Of a stretch of DNA of 64,000 nt, positions 29,101 through 41,100 are shown one piece after another. The notes under the pieces are model-generated. The model worked only from the letters and a program-made list of their open reading frames with translations. It was not told the origin of the DNA and searched no databases. This DNA is from Eledone cirrhosa (taxonomy: Eukaryota), in assembly GCA_964016885.1 (NCBI GenBank), contig OZ024740.1, forward strand, positions 387,376,001 through 387,440,000, read 5' to 3'. The translations under genes and the position numbers were made by a program. Numbering within the stretch: the stretch's first letter is position 1; each line of letters starts with the position of its first letter.

Positions 29101-32100
29101 TTCCCGTCCAAACCCATGCTAGCGTGGAAGATAGACGTTAAACAATGATGATGATGTCTGTTCATTTATGCTTTGGGGTTCGCGTATATTACTATTACAC
29201 ATCCAACGGAACATGCAGGCTTCATTCCTCCCCAGTCTGCGTAGATCCTCTGCACACAAGGCCCATGTCTCACTGCCATGTAACATCGCTGTTCGTATGC
29301 AGGCATCATACAGCCTGCCTTTTATTTTTAGAGAGAAACCTTTAGCGACCAATAGTGTTACAAGCGCTCTGAACTTTTTCCATCCCGTTCGGACTCTAGC
29401 TACAGATACATATATATATATGTACAGTATCAGTGCAAAATGCATGCAGTTACACAGGACAAATGACAGCTACTTCCTTACTTTGTCAACCACCTTGCTG
29501 GCAGTGCAGTTTTGCACATTAAGGTGGTAATGCACTTGTGATGCCACTTTGTGCAACAGATTGAATGATCAATTTGTTGGTAGAATGCATGAGAGACAAT
29601 AACAAAACATGAACAGGAAAATTTACAGTAGTCTATATCCAGACCAACACACATCTACTTTGATAAACTTATATATATATAAAGTAAGTAGGATCGAAAT
29701 CACTGTTGCAGCATATATATAAACTTTATGGCATATTACAATTGTTTCAATATTGATCAGCTCATACAGTGACTTTGTTCCTACTTAATTTATTTACATT
29801 TAGCACATTACTGATGCCTTAACTCTGGAATACAACCCAACACGAAATGGACCTTGTAGCAGCATCAAGTGCTTTGAACAGCTCACTGCCTGTAACTGTA
29901 GTTACACATTTAACTAACATATATGTATATTCCCGAAGGAGATCGTGAGGTGGCCATAGTTAAAGAAGGTACTCAATATGTTGGTAGAATATAAGCATCT
30001 ATATTAAGGTGCCACACAGTGGAATAAAATCCCAAACTACATGGTTGCAAAGTAAACTCCTTAACCACAAAGCTACATCTGCACCTATTATATTCTGAAA
30101 AGATAACTACAAAATATTCTGTACTGGGAAGGATAATTTATAGTTCTTTGAGGTATTTTGTTTTTGTAAGAGTCAACAAAAACTGATTATCAATTGGCAT
30201 GTTCTCAAAACATTTATAAAGGAAAAGATGTATAAGGAAAACTTGACAAATTTCTTAGAGCTGTCAGAAACATAGAAACAAAATCAATCTGGCAAACTTG
30301 TACTGAAATGGAAATATAGTTGAAGACTGACATGGCTAGCTGGGTAAGATGGTCATTTCACAACCACAGTTACAGGTTCCATCCCATCTAGTATAGTCTC
30401 AGGCCAACAAATGCTTCATGAGTTAATTAGACAGATAGAAATTGTAAGGAAGCCTGTTGTGTGTGTGTATGCCTTTATTATGTGTGCCAATTTAGTGCAT
30501 GCGTCTTCATTTCAGCAATATTTAACACAAGCAATGGTGTTTGTTTAACCCTTTTGATACCAAGCCACATGAAGTCACCCTTGGCTCTATGATACAATGC
30601 TGTTTATTTTTATCTAAAAAACGTTCTCATCATAATTTTAAGTAAGAACCTTTGTTATGTTCCAAACACCAACTTAATAATGAGAAAGTTAATTACATTA
30701 CCAAATTCTTGAATCTTTTCAAAATTATTTGATGAATTGGGGAACTTTTTTTTAAACAATTTATGCTGAGTACAAAAGGAATCAAATTTAGTTAGAGATA
30801 CAGTTGTGCTGGCATGGCTATGTGCCTGCAGTGATGAGACAACCTCTCTAGTTTGAGAGTCACAATGGAACACACTCAGTATCCTCCACCCCAGTAAAGT
30901 GGTGAACAAACAGACCGAGACAATATAGGATAGAGGAAATGCTTTGGTCCTGTCAAGTACTTAACAACCTCTCTAGGTGTTAGTGACACAATAAAATTCA
31001 TCCAGTACACTGAAAAGTGGTGGGAGATTGAACTGAGACAATATAGGGTAGAGAGGACTCTTCAGTCTAGCTGAGTACATGACAACCTTTTTAGTGCTGG
31101 TGTTATAAATTGCACTCAGTACCCTCTGTAAAGTGGCAGTGCTGATGCTATGATAAAATGCATCCAATACACTCCATAAAGTGGTCAGCATTAGGTAGAC
31201 TTAATTTTTGGGGTGGTAGATTTAATCTAGCATCCAGTTTAACACCACCACCTGGCCCTTGAGTGTATTTAGAAGAGTTCCCTCTGTTGCAGCCTGTGGG
31301 ACTAGGTCTCCAATTTAAGAATACCTTCCTCCTTCTCTCCCACCAGTCTCACTGAAAAAGTTCACGGACACTGCCTTACCATCCCTTACTAAACAAAAAG
31401 AAACACATTTTCACAGATTTCTCTACACTGGGTCTATTGGCTGTCAAACCTGTAATGAGTGGCACAAAAGAAACAGGAGTTGATATGATATATATCAATT
31501 ATCTAGTAATTGTTATGACAGTTATGTGAAAACATATTTTTATCATTACTTTTTAATATAAAAATATGGGGCCTTATGCTTGTGTTAAGAAAAAAAATCA
31601 AACAAACTAACAGAGGCAGAATATTAGAGGTAGATACTTACCAATGAAGAGCACAAGAGTTCCAGGCAACATACAACCAAAGACAGATAACAAGAGGGCT
31701 TTCGGAGTAACATGCTCTCGGTTAAAGTTTCGGAAAACAGGCACACAGAAACGTTCAAATATATAGTAAGTGTAGAATAGGCAGGCTAATACCTGAGAAA
31801 AATTACTAAAAACATAATTCCAACGGATTTTCTGAGTCCTAAAGTATAAAATGATAAGGCAAAATATGTATTAAACAATGACACAACACTTCAAAGGAAA
31901 ACATATATTTGACATTTAGCCCTTTCATTTCCACATTTTTAATGTAATACATTCTATATCAATTAATGAGGATTTTGTGGGGATTTACTAAAATTATTAA
32001 TTATTTAATTATTAAGATAGTAACTTAACATATGATTCTTATATAGAAAGTGACTCAGATCATGCTATGATCATTTGGAAGATTTAAATTTAAATAGGAA

Positions 32101-35100
32101 CCCTTTAAAATAGGTAGTTTTGTTTCATAGAGCCAGGGGCGGTTTGGGTTGGGTTGATATCAAACGGGTTAAATGGAATCAATTACATGTTTTTCTTTCA
32201 CGGTGGATTGGCAGTATCGGTAGAGGGTCGGACGCCATGCTTTCCAGCATAGTTACGTCCCTTTACGGTCTGAGTTAAAATCCCGCCGAGGTTAACTTGG
32301 CCTTTCATCCTTACAGGATCGATAAAATAAAGTACCAGTAATACACTGGGATAATTGCTGGTCTTGTGCCTATTGTAGAAACAATTATTATACCTGATAT
32401 TTTCCCACTTATTTTTGTATGAGTGTAGTCCACTTTTTGTTCATTGAAGCAAACAAATATAAATAGAGTTAAAATCTTAAGATTAAAGTAGTAGCTGCAT
32501 AAAAGAAATGCAGAGAAACCCTAGTGGCTGGGACCCAAAGAAGAGGAGGTCCCATGAAGAGTTGAGATGAGGTTGTGAAGACTGACCTTAAAATAAACCT
32601 CACAATAGAGATGACAAAGGACCACGAGGGTTTGTGCACAGGTGAAGACCCAACCAATAGCACATAATGTGACTTGACCTCCATTAGCAGTAATCCCCAC
32701 CATCACTAAACACTCCCAAACCAACTATGCCCCCTTCAATATCTCGTTAGCTGCTGCCCCCTCCAGATACCCTTGCAATCGCACCCAAGTAGATACTTTT
32801 TTTACCCTTATGCACCCTACCCATGCCCCCTTTGATATCACTCCTTAGCTATTCTCTCCATTACTACACCTTGCCTTCCCGCCACTGGTGAGTACCTTCG
32901 ACTCCACCCTGCACTATCCCCCCCCCCCCATCTACCACTATCTTCCCTTTGGTGTTCTCATCACCACATCACCTTCCCTCTATGTTATCATAAGTCACTC
33001 ATTGCCCTACTAAGCTCATCACCCTGTCAAATCACACCACACTTACCACAACTTCATACCTATCTCTCTTCTATAACTCCCCTGCCACAAAGCAGAGAGG
33101 GTTCTTCCATTGGGGCAAGGACATCCAGCTGTAGGAAGCTTGCCAAACAAAGAATTGGGAGGATCCTTTAGTCATGTCAAGGACATGACAGCCTCCCTAG
33201 TGATTGGTGACCTATACGATAAATGCACTCAATCATCATCATCATCATCATCATTGTTTAACGTCCATTTTCCACGCTAGCATGGGTCTGGACGGGAATT
33301 GTCCCACTTGAGGCAAGATTGGTTGTCTTGCGGGTTTTCGATGGCTGGATGCCCTTCCTAACACCAACAACGTTTACGGTGTGGTCTGGGAGGTTTTTAC
33401 CGTGTTACCTACACGGCCACATTACAGCGTGGACTGTGTGTTTTTTTTGTCGTGACACCTACACGACCTCATTAATTTAGGACTGGATGTTGTGGTACCA
33501 ACATAGCTTTACATCGAAAGGGGGAGGTAGTGGGACGGGGGTGTATTTTGGTTAAGAAGTGCCTACTGTCTAGGTTTCGCTTTGTACTTAGGCAAGGCGG
33601 GTCTTCTCTATTACTACGTAGCGCCAAAGATCTCGGTCCAGTGACATTGTCTTGGAGAGGTGTAAGTGTGTGAGGTCGGATTTTATCAAGTCGTCCCAGG
33701 TTTTTCTGGGTCTGCCTACTCCGTAGCTACCATCTATTTGTATCACCCTGCACTTTTTTATACAGCTGTCATCTTTCATGCGCATCACGTGACCATACCA
33801 ACGTAGTCTTCTCTCGAGTAAACAGCATCTGATCCCTCTTATTCCTAGTTTCTCACTTAGTTCATTTATGCTTTGCCGTTCGCGTATATTACTATTACAC
33901 ATCCAACGGAGCATGCAAGCTTCGTTCCTCTCCAGTCTGCATAGATCCTCTGCACACAAGGCCCATGTCTCACTGCCATGTAACATCGCTGTTCGTATGC
34001 AGGCATCATACAGCCTGCCTTTTATTTTTAGAGAGAAACATTTAGCGGCCAATAGTGGTATAAGCTCTCTGAACTTTTTCCATCCCCTTCGGACTCTAGC
34101 TACAGTATTTTCGGAGCACCCTCCACCACTGCTGATTTTGTCACCCAGGTAACGGAAGGTGTCCACTAAATCTATATTCTTAGTTAGCTTACCTGTGATC
34201 CCACTACATCTTTTATGCACCCATACTTTGCATTTGGAACATAAAATGGAGTTTCTGCCTACTCCTTTCCTACACACTGAGCATGGCCATTTCCCAGTTG
34301 GGACCAGTGCCCTATTTTCCTTCCTACATATTAGGACTTTAGTCTTAGACAAGTTAACTTTAAGGCCTTTTGATTCTAGGCCATGCTTCCATGTTTGGAA
34401 TCTCTTCTCTAGTTCAGCCATTGATTCGGCTATGAGCGTTAGATCATCTGCGTATAGAAGTTCCCATGGGCAGCCGGTCTTGAACTCCTCCGTTATAGCT
34501 TGGAGGGCGATAATAAATAGGAGGGGGCTAAGGACGGAGCCCTGATGAACACCAACTTTTACACTAAACTCTTCACTATATTCATTGTTCATTCTAACCT
34601 TGCTGACTGTTTCTTTATACATGGCTTGTATAACTCTCACAAGCCATTCATCTACACCTAGTTTTCTAAGAGCCCACCAGATAATGGAGCGGGGGACTCT
34701 GTCAAAGGCTTTCTCCAGGTCTACAAAAGCTAAGTAGAGGGGTTTACTTTTAGCTAGGTACTTATCCTGTAGTTGTCGTACAATGAAAAGAGCGTCTGTG
34801 GTACAAACCCGAACTGCATTTCATCTAGATCAATTCGCTCTCTGATTAGTTGCGCTATTACTTTTTCTGTGACCTTCATGACCTGGTCAATTAATTTAAT
34901 GCCTCTATAGTTTCCCCTATCTAGGGCGTCTCCTTTACCCTTGTAGCAGTTAATGATGATGCTGCTACGCCAGTCTTTTGGTACGACTCCATTCTGTATA
35001 ACTTGGTTTACTATCCGGGTGACCATAGTGTGTCCCACCGTTCCAGATGCTTTCAGCATTTCAGCAACTATTTCCGAAGGCCCAGCCGCCTTGCCTGTCT

Positions 35101-38100
35101 TCATATCTTTGATCGCCTTACTTATTATACTACTTTCAACTTGCACTGCTGGTCCCTCTATTGGATCGATGTGGGGAAGGCTGTCTTTCTCCCATTTATT
35201 CTCCTCATTTAGTAACCTTTCGTAGTGACACTTCCAAGCTACCTTCTTATCAGCATCAGTGATGGCAAGTACACCATCATCATTACAGACACACTTCTCC
35301 CCGACAATATCACGGTTCTCCTTGACACATTGTCTAGCAATCCTGAACACCTCACGTTTTTGGTCCTCGCGTTGTAGAACATGCTTGAACTTTCTTTCCT
35401 CTGCTTCCCTTCTTGTGAAGTACACTTGTCTCCTAGCTTCCCTCCTGGCCACTTGATAGTCTTCTCTACTTCCCCCATCCCGCCATACTTTCCAAGCCTG
35501 CTTTTTGGCCTTGATCGACTCCTCCACCTTACTGTTCCACCACCAAGTTACTCTCCTCCTGCCTATAGGTCTGCTCCAGCCACAGATTTTATCTGTCACC
35601 TTCAGCAGGTTAGCTTTCAGGAATTCCCACTGTTCCTCTATATTGTACGACTCTAATTGCTCTTCCTTACTGTCAAAAGCATCAAGTAATATGCTTTTAA
35701 ATTTATTACTGGCTGTGGGGTCCTTTAACTTCCATATTTTTCTCCTAAGGATAGTCCTCCTCTGTTATCGAATGCGTCTCGTCCTGACTATGAGGTCTCT
35801 ATGAGTCTATGTTGGGAGGTGCATTCTTCATGGGGGAGGGATTTAGTGTTTACATCAGACATATAATCTATCTGACTGACGTGTTCCCCTGATCTATAGG
35901 TGATCAAGTGGTTGTCTCGTTTTTTGAAGTTTGTGTTACAGATAGTTAGATTATTTGCGTCACAGAATTCCAGGATTCAGGAGCCTTCCTCATTTCTAGT
36001 ACCAAACCTACAGCCTCCATGGATTCCATCATAGCCGTCACAGTGTTGTCCAACGTGACCATTTAGGTCGCCAGCAATAATTATATAGTCACTGTCGGTT
36101 ATTTGGGAGGTAATGAGCATTAACGACTCATAGAATCTGTCTTTTATAATGCCAGGCAGTCCGGGTTGGGGTGCATACGCAGATATTATTGTCACAGTAG
36201 TTCTATTGAGGACAAGTCTTATTTTAATTATTCTGTCGTTCGCTCTATTTACGTCTATTATCTTATCTACCCATTTTTCTGCTAGCATGATTCCTACTCC
36301 ACCCAGCCCATTGTCATTTCCTACCCATGCTGTAAAGTGGTTGGTGATAGGGAGGGCATCTGGCTGTAGACAACTTGCCAAAAAAAGAGTTGGGAGTCTC
36401 CTTCAGTTGTGTCAAAGATATGACAATCTCTCTTCTGCACTCAGTAGAATGTGAAGTCAGAAGCCCAGATTCTCTACTGACTTGTTCTCTGTAGACTCGT
36501 CCACCCCTTGCTAACAAGGCTGGTGTAAAACATGATGGTCTAAGACAGAACAAAGGAGAGACACAAATTAGCAACAAAAGTAGTCAATGAAGTGGTCATA
36601 GAATGTGGGATGAAAGAGTTTTGATGACAATCAACAACTAAACAATGATCAGGTTATTAAATTAACTGGGAAATTATAATAAAATATTGAAGTGAAACCC
36701 AAAAGTGTGTGTATTTTTTATTGGCAGCATGACTCTCCCAAAGTATAACAATGTATGTATATATATCTATCTATCTATATATATAGTGGAGAAATCCACT
36801 TTTATTTTTGGTAAAGTGTGTAAAGCTCTATGCATAATTAAAGTCAACAAAAAGCAGGAATCCAAGCCTAATCAGAGGTACACTTCTGAATACAGTAAAT
36901 TTTTGATAATCTACAATCTCTCTCTCTCTATATATATATAACAACATGACTACTGCTTCTCTTCACTAATGCTTATGCTAAAAGACTATTATATGCCTAT
37001 GTACATTGCTGGCTTAACATTCTTTATTCATTCTATTTGCCATTTCTAAGCTTATTTTTGCTTTATACTGTTGATTACCATTTTCCTGTATTCTTGTTGA
37101 TGTAATAAATTAATCTTCTCTATCACTCCTGACAACATGCAGACTGAGTCTGTCTGAATGCCATGTAAAGTATTAATTATAACTGTTGGATTCATTGTTT
37201 ATATGTATAGAAACAATGACCCTTATATGTATAGAAGCAATTGTTGAGATTAAAGATGAATTTGGATGAACAACCATGGTTTTATTCTGTATCAAATATA
37301 CATATGTGTGTGTGTGTGTATATATAAATGTATACAGGTGCTGGCATGGCTGTGTGGTTAAGGAGTTCACTTCGTAACTACATGGTTGCAGGTTCAATTC
37401 CACTGCAAGTGTTGACCAATGCATTGTGAATGAAATTTGGTTTACAGAAACTGATTGGAGGCCTGTCAGATGTATATATATATATTCGTCCGCGGATGGC
37501 TAACCCGCGCCATCCAGGCCGAAACAAATGAGATCGTGTAGGTGTCACGACAAAAAAACACACAGTCCACGCTGTAATGTGGCCGTGTAGGCAACACGGT
37601 AAAAACCTCCCAGACCCACACTGTAAATGTGGTTGGTGTTAGGAAGGGCATCCAACTGTAGAAAACCTGCCAGACAGTCCTATGCGAGCAAGACAATCAC
37701 TCTTGCCTCAAGTGGGACTACCCCCGTCCAAACCCATGCAAGCGTGGAACACGGACGTTAAACGTTGATGATGATGATGATGATGATGTGTGTGTAAGTT
37801 TGTATGTCCATGACTGTGTTAACAATATGTCTTATAACTCACTTGTTCTACAAAATGTGCTTGATAAAATAAGTTCCAGATATGAAAAATATAAGTACTA
37901 AAGGTCAATATGTTCAACTAAGATGCCTTTAAGGTGGTACCACAGCATAGGCAAGTCTAATGACAAACTAATAATAAAAAAAATATATTTCCAGGTAGCT
38001 AACTTCGTTGTTGCCTACATCTTACTGTCCATTTTGCATTGTTTTAGCCTTCTTACATATATCACTTTCCACATTAATACAAGAATACATATATTGTCAT

Positions 38101-41100
38101 TGTCACAGTTTTTACATTCAATTTACCATGCTGGCATGGGTTGGATAAGACTTTCTGAGGCAATTCTTTTTGTATGGCTACATGACCTAAAACAATATAT
38201 TTGTAAGTATGATTTATATCACTGACATATATCAAACAGTGAAGCTGTAGGAGGTATTGTTTACACAGGGCATAAACAAATGACACTGGTTGCTATATTT
38301 GATATGAAGACACTACATGGAAAAACACACACAAACACAACTAGCTTCTCATCAAGGAGAAAGGACAAATGATGATGATTATGATATATATACACACACA
38401 CATACAGATATATCAAATCCCACACATGATGCTGTTCCCTTTTTTTTTTGTCTCTGCCCAACTTGTTAAGACTATTTTTCATAAAAATCTGCATTAAAAC
38501 TTAACTTTAAGCTAACATCATCACTGTTTAATGGCCATTTTTCCATGCTGGCATGGGTTAGATGAGTTATCCTGTTGTGAGCAATGCTAGATCAGGTGAC
38601 CATGTCATGCTCATAGAGAACCAATTTTGGCTTGGTTTCAAAATTCAAATTAGAGTTGGGTCCCATCATCTTGATTGTATGTATGTATGTAAGCATGCAT
38701 GTATGTATATGGATTGGAAAACATCTGTTTGTCAATCCTATTCATAGATACTAAAAGATTTATAAATTTAGCTAATAAACAATGACCTTCTTAGGTTACT
38801 AGAAGAATGCAATACAAGTAGCTGTGTGAACATTTGAACTATAAACGTTTATTAACTATTATCTTAAATCACACTGCTTCCCATCTATGCCCAGGGGATC
38901 ATTACTTGTTGATTCAAAATTCCTAAGCTTAACTTGAAATATATCAGCAGTATTCAAATTAACAATAGTAAAATAAACTTACTATAGATTATAACAGCCG
39001 TTTTTAGCTAGGATTGGACAGGTCATGCACACATTTGCTATTCTCTTTGTACACAGAACAGCATATTGTATTTATGTATTTCAAAGCTAATTGGCTTTTT
39101 ATCAGACAAGTAACCCAACACATGAAGAGAATTGATAGCCAGTAGCTATGTATGACAAATACAAGCTAGAACTTCACAATCTTGTAATAAATCATCATTA
39201 TCACCATTGTTTAACATTCACTTTCCCTGCTAGCAAGAGTTGGATGAGTTGTCAGCAGACTGGTTTGGTACTCAAAGCAGAGGCACTGACCCAATGAGAG
39301 GTCAGAGGACTTTATCTCACATAAGTTCCTGCACTCTGAGTTTTGAGATGGGCTAGTGGCCTGTGACTCACACCCTTATGATTTTGCACACTACCAATTG
39401 CATTTTATCATGATACCAGCACTATGGAGGTTGTCATGTCCTTAACACAGCTGAAGAGTCTTCCCAACTCCTTGTATTGTAGAAAATCAAGTTGCATAAA
39501 AAAATAGAGGTAAAAAGGAGGCAACAAAAAATGTCTTACCTTGGGTAAGAATCTCTATATATAAGAGTTGGAGAAAACAGAAAATAAAGATATTTTGAAA
39601 AATCTGGACAAGTATTATCATCTGAATAGAAGGAAAAATACATAAAAATATAAGATATATAAAAAAATGTAAGATATAAAATTCATTACAACACACACAA
39701 ACTGTTATAGAGTTATAAGACAGCTTTGAAAATTAAGATTACAAAAATGAAATAATTCAAGTTATAATAGTGATGTGTTGTTTCCTTGAGCAAGAGACTT
39801 TATTTCTCATTGCTCCAGTTTACTCAGCTGTAGAAATGAGATGACATGACTGGGTTCCCTATCATTCCACTGCAAAATGATCGTGGAGGTGCCACTGCAA
39901 AATGATCGTGGAGGTGCCACAGCAAAAAAGCACCCAGCACTCACTGTAAATGAGCTTGGTGTTAGGAAGGGTATCCAGCTGTAGAAATCAAGCCAGAATC
40001 AGTTCCCGTCCCACCCTTGCAAGCATGGAAAAGCGGACGTAAAATGATGATGATGATGATAATAGCTGATAAAATTCTGCTTTGAAAATTAGATATGATG
40101 ATGACAGTTTTTTAGTACAAAATCAAATAATCAATAAAAACTTACTGTCTGATTTTTTGTAGTTCAAAACCTTTGGAACATTTTCTCGGACAAAAGAATG
40201 AACTTTCATTATTAACCGTAACTACAAAAGAAAAGTAAACAAATTAAGAGAATTTTTTGAATATTTTGACATTGCTGAAAGTCGAATATTTAATGCTTTT
40301 GATACCAAACTACCTGAAACAACCCTTGGTTCTACGATACAAAACTGTATATGTTTAAATGTTAATATTTATCTAAAACCATCCATCATAATTTTATGTA
40401 AGAATTTTTGTTTTAATTATGTTCCAAACACCAGCTTAATCATGGGAAAGTTAGTTATATTACTAAGTCCCTCTAGATTCTTAATTATTTTCAATATCAT
40501 AAGCAGTCTCTTTCATTATAAATATGGTAATGAAAGGGTTAAATATCTAATTAATAAGAATATTACTTTTAACAAAATTAAAATAAGTACTTCATTTAAG
40601 CCTGAACAACTAGTCTATGGCTCTCCTGGATTCTGTTGAATTTAGAACTATTTATAAGAAAACTAGGAAACAATGTTTCAACAAAAATAGGGAAAACATT
40701 CTATAAGTGAGGAACGGAAACTCAAGATCAAAATCTCCAAGCCATGATTAATAATTTGAAATAGAAGTATAAAAATCTATTTACTTTATTTGAACATAAC
40801 ATATATAAGAGGCAACAAAAATGGCTGGTGCAACAAAAAAGACTTCATATATGATTGGGTTTGCAATAACAACTGCTGCTTGTCATGGTGTTGCAGTACA
40901 GTCCTTTGCACAATCTCTATTTTGTCTGACTCCAGAAACAATGTTGAAGAACACCATTGTTCCAGATTCAGAACATTAACAGTATATAAATAAGCCTTTA
41001 ATGCAAAATCTATTTTCATCTCAAAATCAGAACCTCATGGTGATCATTGATATTTGATGTGGATATTGTCAGCCAGTCACAGTTCCAAAAACAGACACAT

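Noticed and set aside
31793-31795. Apparent acceptor giving a 151-nt SOAT1 exon
   Set aside because: Phase 0 conflicts with the phase-2 donor at 39540. The upstream 46 nt encode the conserved IRWNYV segment, so the true acceptor is at 31839.
33868-35804. Several + strand ORFs of 65-128 aa
   Set aside because: They are antisense shadows of the RTE coding sequence.
40790-40993. Cys-rich 67-aa ORF
   Set aside because: It is antisense within a SOAT1 intron, with no signal peptide, splice support or recognisable pattern.
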